In this document: positions 51,675-63,618 of the stretch, in pieces | Layout: each line of letters begins with the position of its first letter | How positions within the stretch are numbered: position 1 is the first letter of the stretch | Assembly: GCF_963921235.1 (NCBI RefSeq) | Contig: NC_086097.1 | Location: 106,950,001-107,014,000, forward strand | Source: Mobula hypostoma | Taxonomy: Eukaryota | DNA: 64,000 bases | Direction of reading: 5' to 3' | Program-made: the position numbers and the translations under genes | The notes under the pieces: model-generated | Seen by the model: the letters and a program-made list of their open reading frames with translations, nothing else | Told to the model about the DNA's origin: nothing | The model's database searches: none

Positions 51675-53782
51675 CTAAAATGCAAAAGTGTATCATTAAA
51701 AACTCAAGTTTAGAGACTCTAAAAGCCACCCAAATTAACAAAAACAGGTCTTGTTAGTTTTCATATGGTAATTTCAAATAATTTTCTCTGGGACTCCCAT
51801 ATGAAAATGAAACAACAGTTCACAAAATGCAAATATCTCATCACTTACAATATTTAAATAGATTCTTCTTTACTAAGATCAACAATTACTTCTCATTCTC
51901 AAAATAAGCTTTATATTCTTCTCCAAGAATTCCAAACCAGGCACAATCTCCCTTTGGAGATAAATTTTATTTACTACTGTAAGATTTTCACAAAGGTATT
52001 AAGGGCTGGGCTTTAGACATCAAGAAATATATTTATTTGCAAGGCAGAACACTATGTTGAGTCTTCAACTCCTACTGCAGAATGAGTGTCCTTGTTACAA
52101 TGTTACAAAACAGGCAGACAAAACAATGCTGCTGTTCAAAAATACCACAATGTTCACAAAGACACATAAAGTACAATACATCCATTTAGATAAATGGATG
52201 GACTTTTCGGGAGATTGTGAGGGGTGCATTCTCATCTGACCTTGGGCACAGAGGTGCTTTTTATTTTCTCTGATTTAAATATGCATTATAGGTATTATAA
52301 TAAGTGTCAATGCTGAGTACATTCTTCCAGTCTTCCACAAATTGTTTCAGACAATGTTGCCTTAAAGTTAGCCTGTCTCCTAAGTCCTGCAGAATTTTCA
52401 TGCTCACATCTGTTCACCTACCAAAAAGGTACAAGTTAAAAAGGCATCAATATTGCAATGCAAATCAAATAGTTCCTTAATGAAATAGTGGCTTCGCTAA
52501 TTGTCTTATATGCTTCTGGTTTGTTGCCTCAAACTTACAACTGATAACTTTCAGCTATTTTAAATTGCTTGACATCAAAATAATTTTCCAGTTTTAACGC
52601 ACCTTAAAATAGGGCATGATTTGCAATGTATGTTGTGAGATGATTAGCCAGTGTTTTCAGCAAAGTAGTTACTGCCCATTCTCTATCAGGAATTTGTTTT
52701 TTTTATATTCACATTTCACATAACGTTGGACTCACAATATCATCCCTCCCTTAACCCACATGTTCGGTATTGGCTTATTGTCATATAGACCAAGGTACAG
52801 TGAAAAGCTGTCTTCCATACAGTTTATACAGATCTAATCATTGCACAGTGCATTGAGCTAGAATTAAGCAAAAATGAGACTCTGTAATACTGTACAAGGT
52901 ACTGTAAATCAACATTTAAGCTTGCAAGCCATATGGGTGGCACTATGATGCTTATGATAAGTTTGGGTGGTCAGTTTAGATTCTTCTGTAATTCATGCAG
53001 CTTTGCTATGAACTTCCGTTAAAACATAACAATACATGAACATTCCCATGTTATTTTTTGTAGATGCACCCATTATCCGCCAGGTGTAACTCGCTTTGTT
53101 TGGTCTGTTCTGGCATCATTGCTTCCACTCGATGGATGTATGCCATATGATGGTGCTCCAGGCTATTCCTCATGATACCTTCCCACTGAGGACTAAACAG
53201 ACTGCCAGCTGTTTCCTTCATTATGAGAGCTGTATACTCATCCCATTAGTCACATACTGGACTTTAATGATTGCATCTGAGATCCAATGCCAGGTTATTT
53301 CTCTCTTTTGGATGCTTCACTTTATCTGGTTTGCACTTGATCTATTATCATAGCCACTTCATAGACATAAAATGGAGTGAGACCAATTTTGAAAATATAA
53401 AGTTTTCTGCAATGTGCTCCTTCTCTTGTGCTATTCAATCTTGGAAGAGAATTTTAAAAAATGTCCACATGTGCAAGAACTACAAGTTGTGGCTTGTGAA
53501 GGGAAGAAGCATACTGTTCCTGCTTTTGGAGAGCTTTGTAAACCAAAATGATGACAATTAATTCCATCTAGCAAGTGACTACTTATGCATCTAGTTCCAC
53601 ACTTCTCCTCATCCCATACCCGAGTGAGTTGATTTCTTATGTGAAAAGAATTTAAATGATCCTCAGATGGAATCTTACTGATAATTAAGATAGGTGGCTC
53701 TTGGGCAGCTCAAAGAAACACCTCTGAGTATCTCCATAACCTATGAATGCCAATCAGTTTAGAGTTTTGTTATGTACATTAC

Positions 53783-53871
53783 TCTTAGCTGCCACGCCCA
53801 TTCTATTTCTTCCCGAACTTTGATGTTGACCAATGATACTAAGGGCTCAAATACTGAAACGAGGATTACAC
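53783..53871 (-). CDS. Internal exon (89 nt) of unidentified host gene
   Basis: Strong acceptor ccttttttctcttcttctgcag|GT, donor AGA|gtaatg. Only one open frame, xVILVSVFEPLVSLVNIKVREEIEWAWQLR, ending in phase 0. Confidence 0.75.
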
Positions 53872-54030
53872 CTGCAGAAGAAGAGAAAAAAGGAAAGTGT
53901 TGTTTTCGTTACAAAAGTCAATGCTCTATTTGGTTTGTATAACAACTTGGTAATACATCCTTTATTAATGTATTCTGATAAAGGAAGAAGTGGGGGGTGA
54001 GCGTTCGAGCTGTATCATTTGTCAGCTCTA

Positions 54031-54520
54031 CACTCAGTGGCCACTTTATTAGGTACACCTATTACACCTGCTCATCAATGTAAATATCTAATCAGCCAAT
54101 CATATGGTAGCAGACATTGTAATGAGGTTTAGTTGTTGTTCAGATCAAACATCAGAATGGGGAAGAAATGTGATCCAAGTGAATTTGACCATGGAGTGAT
54201 TGTTGGTGCCAAACAGGGTGATTTTGAGTATTTCAGAAACTACTGATCTTCTGGGATTTTCATGTACAACAGTCTTTGTTTACAAAAGAATGGTGTGATA
54301 CAAAAAAAAACATTCAGTGAGCAGAAGTTCCTTGGGCAATAACACCTCATTAATGAGGAGAATGGCCAAACTGGTTCAAGTTGACTGGAAGGGGCCAATA
54401 ACTCAAATATCTATGTACTACAACAATGGTGTGGAGAAGAGCATTTCTGAAAGCTCAACACATCAAATCTTGACAGTGTCAGAAGATCACACTGAGTTCC
54501 ACTCCTGTACCTAACAAAGT
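54031..54520 (+). mobile_element. Non-autonomous Tc1 element (same family as 9879/14146)
   Basis: TA-cactcagtggccactttattaggtacacct TIR; atggggaagaaatgtgat transposase start; partial right TIR cctgtacctaacaaagt. Confidence 0.88.
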
Positions 54521-54675
54521 ACGTTGCAGAATACTATGTTGATATGAATTGTTTTTTTTTTCTCTGGTTAGTCAGCTGCTATGAATGTCAATCTATACCA
54601 ATGACAAAGTAACCTTTCTGTAGGAGAGACCCTTCTAACCCACAGTTGAGTAGGTGATGCCACAGGTTTTGTATC

Positions 54676-55315
54676 TGGACCCTTCTTGTAGACAGCCTCG
54701 GTGTTCTTTGACCAGTACAGTTTATTATCAATTCGTATCCCCAGGTATTTGTAATCCTCCACCATGTCCACACTGACCCCCTGGATGGAAACAGGGGTCA
54801 CTAGTGCCTTAGCCCTCCTCAGGTCTACCACCAGCTCCTTAGTCTTTTTCACATTAAGCTGCAGATAATTCTGCTCAAACCACGTAACAAAGTTTCCTAC
54901 CGTAGCCCTGTACTCAGCCTCATCTCCCTTGCTGATGCATCCAACTATGGCAGTCATCAGAAAACTTCTGAAGATGACAAGACTCTGTGCAGTAGTTGAA
55001 GTCCGAGGTGTAAATGGTGAAGGAAAAGGGAGACAAGACAGTCCTCTGTGGAGCCCCAGTGCTGCTGATCATTCTGTCGGACACACAGTGTTGCAAGCAC
55101 ACGTACTGTGGTCTGCCAGCCAGGTAATCAAGAATCCATGACAGCAGGAAAGCATCCACCTGCATCTCTGTCAGCTTCTCCCCCAGCAGAGCAGGGTGGA
55201 TGGTGTTGAACATACTGGAGAAGTCAAAAAACATGACCCTCACAGTGCTCGCTGGCTTGTCCAGGTGGGCGTAGACACGGTTAAGCAGGTAGACGATGGC
55301 ATCCTCAACTCCTAG
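54676..55315 (-). mobile_element. Rex1/Babar RT internal fragment
   Basis: RVMFFDFSSMFNTI..GAPQRTVLSPF..QKFSDD; LQLNVKKTKELVVD..YKYLG. Confidence 0.9.
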
Positions 55316-56006
55316 TGAGTGTCTATTAATCTACTGAGTGTCCTGTCATACATGTATTTCAGCAGGTAAATGCAGCAAAAGTCACTCAATGTGAGTTCCA
55401 GCATTCCCAATTTGCTTTGGATAGTATTTCAGTAGCCAAACCCAATTTGTGAAGGTATCCAGTCCATACATCAGCAATGCACCCATAAATTACAAATGAA
55501 ATTGCCAAGAGGTATAATGTTGAACTGTGAACAAATCTTGAAACTGGTTGGTTGCAACAAATCAGCCAATTTATGATGTTAAAATTGAAAGGTGAGGCAA
55601 AAGGGAGAATGACAATGTCGCTGGCAACTTGGAATGTTTTCTGCTCGAGTAACGAGTGCATAGATGTGCAGATCAATTATACAAGTGGCACTAATTCTAA
55701 TAATTCTTGCTCTAGTCTCTTGAACTTCGGTGGTTTATCTGTACATGAAACACAGATGTTATAGGTTCTGATTTTAGGGCAAGTATTTATACACACTGGC
55801 ATGTACTTATAAATTGGACATGGTTGGGTCAGGGCAATTTTTCCAACCCTATGAATTGTGTGGTAAGCAACAAAGAGGATAATAAGAAGACAGAAAGAAT
55901 GAGAAGTAATAAATGGAGTTATTCCAGATTATGTAGAAATGTAGACTTGAGTATATATGCTATGGAAGTGGCAGAAAATACTTGGGATCCAGTGATTCGT
56001 GTAGAG

Positions 56007-56087
56007 CAGGGGCACCCAACCTGGAGTCCATGGACCCCTCAGTTAATGGTAGGGGCCCATGGCATAAAAAAAGGTTAGGAACCCATG
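56007..56087. mobile_element. 81-bp hAT (Charlie-type) MITE
   Basis: TIRs caggggcacccaacct / aggttaggaacccatg; 8-bp TSD gtgtagag / atgcagag. Confidence 0.75.
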
Positions 56088-56388
56088 ATGCAGAGTATAA
56101 AATATTGGTTATACCGCATAGAAAACAGGTCCTTCAGCCTAACGGATCCATGCTGACCAAGGTGCCTTCTTGAGCTGGTCCCATTAGCACGTACTTGGCC
56201 CATTAACCATCTGAACTGTTTCCTATCCTATCCATGAACCCACACAAATGTCTTTCCAATGTTTTGATTGTACTCAGCTCTACCACATTCTCTGGCAGTT
56301 CATCTATACACCCACAACCCTCTGAAAAACCTGCCCCTCAGCTCCCCTTTAAATCCACAAACTTACTAATCGCACCACAGAAATCATA

Positions 56389-58194
56389 CCATAGAAACTG
56401 CAGCACAGAAACAGGCCTTTTGGCCCTTCTTGGCTGTGCCGAACCATTTTCTGCCTTGTCCCACTGACCTGCACACGGACCATATCCCTCCATACACCTC
56501 CCATCCATGTATCTGTCCAACTTATTCTTAAATGTTAAAAAAGAACCCGCATTTACCACCTCGTCTGGAAGCTCATTCCATACTCCCACCACTCTCTGTG
56601 TGAAGAAGCCCCACCGAATGTTCCTTTTAAACTTTTCCCCTCTCACGCTTAACCCATGTCCTCTGGTTTTTTTCCTCCCCTTGCCTCAGTGGAAAAAGCC
56701 TGCTTGCATTCACTCTATCTATACCCATCATAATTTTATATACCTCTATCAAATCTCCCCTCATTCTTCTACGCTCCAGGGAATAAAGTCTTAACTTATT
56801 CAACCTTTCTCTGTAACTGAGTTTCTCAAGTCCCGGCAACATCCTTGTAAACCTTCTCTGCACTCTTTCAACCTTATTTATATCCTTCCTGTAATTTGGT
56901 GACCAAAACTGAACACAATACTCCAGATTCGGCCTCACAATGCCTTATACAACCTCATCATAACATTCCAGCTCTTATACTCAATACTTTGATTAATAAA
57001 GGCCAATGTACCAAAAGCTCTCTTTACGACCCTATCTACCTGTGACGCCACTTTTAGGGAATTTTGTATCTGTATTCCCAGATCCCTCTGTTCCACTGCA
57101 CTCCTCAATGCCTTACCATTAACCCTGTATGTTCTACCTTGGTTTGTCCTTCCAACGTGCAATACCTCACACTTGTCTGTATTAAACTCCATCTGCCATT
57201 TTTCAGCCCATTTTTCCAGCTGGTCCAAGTCCCTCTGCAGCTCTGAAAACCTTCCTCACTGTCTACTACACCTCCAATCTTTGTATCATCAGCAAATTTG
57301 CTGATCCAATTTACCACATTATCATCCAGATCATTGATATAGATGACAAATAACAATGGACCCAGCACTGATCCCTGTGGCACACCACTAGTCACAGGCC
57401 TCTACTCGGAGAAGCAATTCTCTACTACCACTCTTTGGCTTCTTCCATTGAGCCAATGTCTAATCCAATTTACTACCTCTCCATGTATACCTAGCGACTG
57501 AATTTTCCTAACTCACCTCCCATGCGGGACCGTGTCAAAGGCCTTACTGAAGTCCATGTAGACAATAACCACTGCTTTCCCTTCATCCACTTTCCTGGTA
57601 ACCTCCTCGAAAAACTCCAATAGATTGGTCAAACATGACCTACCACGTACAAAGCCATGTTGACGCTCCCTAATAAGTCCCTGTCTATCCAAATGCTTGA
57701 AGATTCTGTCTCTTAGTACTCCCTCCAATAACTTACCTACTACCGACGTTAAACTTACTGGCCTATAATTTCCCGGATTACTTTTCCATCCTTTTTTAAA
57801 CAACGGAACAACATGAACCACTCTCCAATCTTCCGGCACCTCACTTGTAGACAGCGACATTTTGAATATTTCTGCCAGTGCCCCAGCAATTTCAACACTA
57901 GTCTCCTTCAAGGTCCGAGGGAACACCCTGTCAGGTCCCGGGGATTTATCCACTTTAATTTTCCTCAAGACAGCAAGGACCTCCTCCTTTTCGATCTGTA
58001 CAGTTTCCATGATCTCACTACTTGTTTCCCTTAGTTCCATAGACTTCATGCCAGTTTCCTTAGTAAACCTGACAGGAACATACAAATTCTGCACTCTCAA
58101 AATTTCTCCTTTGAAGGCTTCCCACCTACCGATCACATCTTTGCCAGAGGACAACCTGTCCCAATCCACGCTCTTTAGATCCTTTCTCATTTCT
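56389..58194 (-). mobile_element. CR1 LINE subfamily B with internal deletion, inside an older CR1 (~56116-58650)
   Basis: ORFs 57513..58190, 57105..57395, 56935..57228, 56627..56938; 3' part nearly identical to 15994-17148. Confidence 0.95.
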
Positions 58195-58287
58195 GTTCTG
58201 ATCTAAATCATTAATATACCCAGCACCAATCATTGTGACACACCACTGATCACAGACTTCCAATATGAAAAAACAACCCTCCACTAC

Positions 58288-58442
58288 AACGCACACAAGA
58301 TACTGGAGGAACTCAGCAGGCCTGTAACGTTGACTGTACTTTTTGTCCATAGATGCTGTCTGGCCTGCTGAGTTCCTCCAGCATTTTGTGTGTGTTGTTC
58401 AGATTTCCAGCATCTGTAGATTTTCTCTTGTTGGTGATTTGA
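58288..58442 (+). mobile_element. Mini PLE-derived hairpin element with 10-bp TSD
   Basis: Arms 58287-58322 and 58362-58397 are inverted; PLE 3' tail follows; TSD cctccactac at 58278-58287 and 58443-58452. Confidence 0.8.
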
Positions 58443-59564
58443 CCTCCACTACGTCCTTTGATTCCTTCCACCAAGTGAATCTTGTATCTGGTTGGTTAGT
58501 TCATGGTGGATCCCATATGATCTCACCTAATTGACAAGTCTACAATATGCGCTCTCTCTAAAGCACTATTAAAGTCCATGTAGACAATGAAAACTGCCCT
58601 GCCCTCATCAATTCGCAAGACCAACTCTTCAAAAAGTTCAATTAAATTTGAAAGAAACTATTATTTTGAACATCATGTGAATTACAAGAATTATTAATAA
58701 CCTAACTAATCACTACAACACAGAAAAACGATCAGATTTAGAGAGGTCATTCTCAGAATTTTAACTTATTATGATCCATCTAATCAAAGAACAAAATCTT
58801 CCAGCAAAAAGGAACTGGAACTTATTGTTGTATAAGAAATTATGTATTGATTGCTATTTACTAAAACAGTAAAGTGCCTCCTGGAGTGCATTTAATTACT
58901 AAATAAGTAATGTAGACATGCAGAATTCTGTAGGAAAGCAGAAAATGTTCACATTTATAAATATAATTAAATGTTTGATTATTTAGCTATTTAAGGACAA
59001 ATAAAATATATAATTTATAGATGTAGAATAATTAATTAGTCAAACTCGCCTACAAAGCTGATAAAGCAAAATAAAGATTCTGCCTATTCCTTCAAGTCAA
59101 GGATTGTTAATCCTTTTCCAGTACTGCAGGTTCTGAGGGGGTTGTTAACACAAATAAAGGACCAGAGGCAGAGCAGAAGATGCTTGAAGTTGAGGGCAGG
59201 TGGGTAGTTTGGGAGTTAGCATATTCCTAGCATGTACGTTAGGCTTCAGTGTTTCTGATGAACAGAATGGAGATTATCAGTGCTAATCAGAATTATTTTC
59301 CTATATTTGCAGCTGTCATGGGCCTAGAATATTAAACTTATCCAAGTAAGTTTTAAAAACAACCTTGAATTACTTGCCCTCTAAGTGTTTATCAATTGTT
59401 GTAACAGAGCTTGGGGTAGAGAGAAAGTGTTTCAAAAGTCTGATCAAGCCCTATCCACTGGAAGGGATAGAGTCCATCTCTGTAGCCTGATGTAGGAAGT
59501 CAATATCTCAGAAGTTTACAAGACAGCAAGGATCACTATAGTTCAGTAGACATGATACTTGTAC

Positions 59565-59850
59565 TGGACTCCTCTGGGTCACCCCCCCCCCCCGTCTTTC
59601 TTCCCGGACCTACTGTCCCATGATCCTCTCGTATCCCCTTTTGCCTATCACCTGTCCAGCTCTCGGCTCTATCCCTCCCCCTCCTGTCTTCTCCTATCAT
59701 TTTGGATCTCCCCCTCCCCCTCCAACTTTCAAATCCCTTACTCACTCTTCCTTCAGTTAGTCCTGACGAAGGGTCTCGGCCTGAAATGTCGACTGCACCT
59801 CTTCCTATAGATGCTGCTTGGCCTGCTGCGTTCACCAGCAACTTTGATGT
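59565..59850 (+). mobile_element. Solo PLE pseudo-LTR fragment
   Basis: Colinear with ~5500-5790. Confidence 0.9.
59759..59794 (+). ncRNA. Minimal type-I hammerhead ribozyme, core intact
   Basis: AGTC-CTGACGA-A-GGGTCTCGGCCT-GAAA-TG-TC^GACT. Confidence 0.8.
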
Positions 59851-60144
59851 ACGTTTCTTAATCTTCAAAATCGTTCTCCCTTCAATGCCCAAAAGCTGAA
59901 ATGCACTTTATAAATGACAGTGATTTTTACCATTGAGGTTAGTCTTGTTCAGAGGTAGTTCCCAAGATCTCAGAAGTGGTCCATATTTTCCATGTTGTAG
60001 ATAAAACCTAATTTCCTTAGAAAATTATAGTCAAGTAGCCCTATCCAGTATATCCATCTATATTCCCAGAATCCTCTGAGCCTGTATTCACATCAAAGTT
60101 GCTGGTGAACGCATCAGGCCAGCAGCACCTCTAGGAAGAGGTAC

Positions 60145-60180
60145 AGTCGACATTTCGGGCCAAGACCCTTCGTCAGGACT
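60145..60180 (-). ncRNA. Minimal type-I hammerhead ribozyme, core intact
   Basis: Minus strand: AGTC-CTGACGA-A-GGGTCTTGGCCC-GAAA-TG-TC^GACT. Confidence 0.82.
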
Positions 60181-60583
60181 AACTGAAAGAAGAGCTAGTA
60201 AGAGATTTTAAAGTGGGAGGGGGAGGGGGAGATCCAAAATGATAGGAGAAGACAGGAGGGGGAGGGGTGGAGCCAAGAGCTGGACAGTTGATCGGCAAAA
60301 GGGATATGATAGGATCATGGATGTTTATGTCATCAGGTTTGAGGTTACGAAGACGGAATACAAGGTGTTGCTCCTCCAGCTTGAGTGTGGCCTCATTGCG
60401 GCAGTAGAGGAAGGCATGGGATGACATCAGAATGGGAATGGGAAGTGGAATTAAAATTGGTGGCCACGAGGCGATCACACTTTTGCTAGTGTTCGGAGCT
60501 TAGGTGCTCAGCAAAACAGTCTCCCAATCTATGCTGAGTCTCACCGATATGCAGGATGCCACACCAGGAGCACCAAATACAGT

Positions 60584-61113
60584 ACATAGAACATAGAATA
60601 GTACAGCACAGTACAGGGCCTTTGGCCCATAATGTTGTGCCGACCCTCAAACCCTGCCTCCCATATAAGCCCCCACCTTAAATTCCTCCATATACCTGTC
60701 TAGTAGTCTCTTAAACTTCACTAGTGTATCTGCCTCCACCACTGACTCAAGCAGTGCATTCCACGCACCAACCACTCTCTGAGTAAAAAACCTTTCTCTA
60801 ATATCCCCCTTGAACTTCGCACCCCTTACCTTAAAGCCACGTCCTCTTGTATTAAACAGTGGTGCCCTAGGGAAGAGGCGCTGGCTATCCACTCTATCTA
60901 TTCCTCTTATTATCTTGTACACCTCTATCATGTCTCCTCTAATCCTCCTCCTCTCCAAAGAGTAAAGCCCTAGCTCCCTTAATCTCTAATCATAATGCAT
61001 ACTTTCTAAACCAGGCAGCATCCTGGTAAATCTCCTCTGTACCCTTTCCAATGCTTCCACATCCTTCCTATAGTGAGGTGACCAGAACTGGACACAGTAC
61101 TCCAAGTGTGACC
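60584..61113 (-). mobile_element. CR1 3' fragment inside PLE
   Basis: ORF 60647..60958 RRRIRGDMIEVYKII..FFTQRVVGAWNAL; (TTCTATG)n tail. Confidence 0.93.
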
Positions 61114-63540
61114 TGAACAGTCACAAAGGTGAAGTGTTGCTTCACTGGGAAGGACTGTATGGGGCCCTGAATGATAGTGAGGGAGGAGGCATAGGGGCAG
61201 GTGTAGGAGATCAGTGGGGAGGGATGAATGGACAAGGAAGTCGATAGGGACCAATCCCTTTGGAAAGCAGAAAGTGCGGGGAGGGAAAGATGTGCTTGGT
61301 GGTGGGATCCCGTTGGAGATGGTGGATGTTACGGAGAATTATGTGCTGGATGCGGAGGCTGGTGGGATAGTATGTGAGGACCAGATTAACTCTATCTCAG
61401 GTGGGGTAGCGAGGGTATGGGGTGAAAGCAGAGGTGTGTGAAATGGCACCTCCTACCACCCTTTTACTTGTAAAACTGCCATCCCTTTCTCTCAATTCCT
61501 CCATCTCGGTCACATCTACTCTCAGGCTGAGGCAGGAGGATAGGGTGAAGGCAGACATGTGCGAATTGGATAGCTTTTCCCACTTTATTACTTGAAAAAA
61601 GCCTCAGGATGAGGCTTTTCATTCAAGAATGGAGATGCCCTTCTTCTTCAAAGAAAGAGGTTTCCCTTCCTCCACTATCAACGCTGTCCTCAACCGCATC
61701 TCTTCCATTTTGTGCACATCTGCCCTCACCCCGTCCTCCCGCCACACCACCAGGGATAAGGTTCCTCTTGTCCATACATACCACCCCACCAGCCTTCGCA
61801 TCCAGCATATAATTCTGTGAAACTTCCAATATCTCCAGCAGGATCCCACCACCAAGTTCATCTTTCCCAACCCCAACTTTCTGCATCGTGCAGGGATCAT
61901 TCCCTACGCCACACCTGCCCCTGCACCTCCTCTCTCACTACTATTCAGGGCACCAAACAGTCCTTCCCGGTGAAGCTGTGAGCTCAGCTGTGAGTCTTGT
62001 GGGGTCATCTACTGTATCTGATGCTTTCCTATATATTGGTGAGACGCAGTGTGGATTGGGAGACCGCTTTGCCAAGCCCCTACACTCCATCTGATAGAAA
62101 AGGCAAAATATTCCTGTGGCCACCCATTTTAATTCCACTTCCCATTCCCATATGGAAGTCCATGGCCTCTTCTACTGTCGTGATGAGGCCACACTCAGGT
62201 TGAAGGAGCACCTTGTATTCTTGTCTGGGTAACCTCCAACTTGATGGCATGAACATCTATTTCTCAAATTTCTGGTAATGCTCCCCCCTCTCCATTCCCT
62301 TTTCCTTCTCTCACCTGATCTCCTTACCAGCATATCACCTCTCTCTGGTGTTCCTCCCCTTTTCTTTCTTCCATGGTCTTCTGTCCTCTCCTATCAGATT
62401 CTTCTTTCTGCAGCCCTGTATCTCTTTCACCAATCAACGTCCCCACTCCTTACCACAGCTACACCACCCCCGCCCCCCACACTTCCCGGTTTCACCTGTC
62501 ACCTTTTGTTTCTTTCTCCCCTCCCCCAACCCTCTTACTCTGACTCCTCATCATTTTTTTCCTTCAGTCCTGATGAACGGTCTCGACCCAAGACGTTGAC
62601 TATACTCTTTTCCGTAGGTGCTGCCTGCTGAGTTCCTCTAGCATTTTGTCTGTGTTGCCACAATCCTCTGTTGTCTGTAGTTAACCAGCTTTCTATCCAT
62701 AATATCCATCTCTCTTGTGTACATTAATCTTTCCTGACAAGCCAGTTATGCTGCATCTTGTCAAAGTCTTCTGGAATTCCTTGTACACATCCAATGGGGT
62801 AACTTTATCAACTCTATTACCTCAACAATAAGTTGGTTAAATTAAATTTACTATTAACAAATCTGTGTTGGTTTATTCCAATTAATATACAGTGCTTTCT
62901 TCCAAGTAACTACAAATCAATGTCTCTAAAAGATTTCTCATCACCAAAGTTAACTTGAATTGGTGATCGTTGTTATGCTTGTCCTTACTTTCTTTTGTTT
63001 TCCACAAGGGAGTAATATTTGCCATTATCTCGTCCTTTGGCAGCATCTCTGACTTCAAAGAACATTGAAAAACTCTAAATGGTGCTTTTGCAATTTCCTA
63101 CATTCTTCAAAATTCCAGGATGCAATGCATTTAAGCCTGGTAACTTCCTTACTTTAGGTTCATCAACTATACCAATGCCTCCATACTATCAATTTATTAA
63201 AGTATCAGTGGATTAACTGGACTCATTAATTTATAAGTATCCTCTTCTCTGGTAAAGACAAAGGCATTCTTTAGTACCTTAACGCTACCCTTAGCATCCA
63301 TATGCAAGTTTCTATTTTTGTCCTCAATAGGCTATACTCCTTCGTGTGTTACATGAAAATGTCTGTTTATAAGACATATAAACATACCGGATATATGCCT
63401 TTAGAATGCTTTTAGATTCCCATTTATATTGGCAACTAATCATTTCTCACATTTTCTCTGCACCTCTTCTTTTACTTTTCAGTTCTCCTCTGATTATTTT
63501 GTAATCAGTCTAGTTCTTACTGGCACTTACAAGTACTTAC

Positions 63541-63618
63541 AGAATAATTACTCCATTAATAAATTTTACAGAACAGGCAAAACTATCTCTAATTTGATAA
63601 CAGATATCTGATAGGTAA
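63541..63618 (-). CDS. Possible upstream exon (78 nt)
   Basis: Acceptor aattttcacag and consensus donor gtaagt; one open frame YLSDICYQIRDSFACSVKFINGVII. Phase 2/2 does not join directly to the phase-1 exon at 53871. Confidence 0.25.

Larger units (their letters stand above)
60089..62660. mobile_element. PLE with inverted arms (minus arm 60089-~61445, plus arm ~61450-62660), CR1 inserted
   Basis: RT C-terminus, GIY-YIG remnant (LYIGETQ..LGDRFA) and pseudo-LTR occur in both orientations. Flanks share aatcctctg (60070-60078 / 62662-62670), a possible decayed TSD. Confidence 0.85.

Noticed and set aside
24110-53871. Antisense orientation bias of intronic LINEs
   Set aside because: Both orientations occur and there are too few copies to infer a bias.
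55386-55676. 96-aa ORF upstream of exon 53871
   Set aside because: Only a weak acceptor and no clear phase-1 donor; could not be linked to the exon chain.
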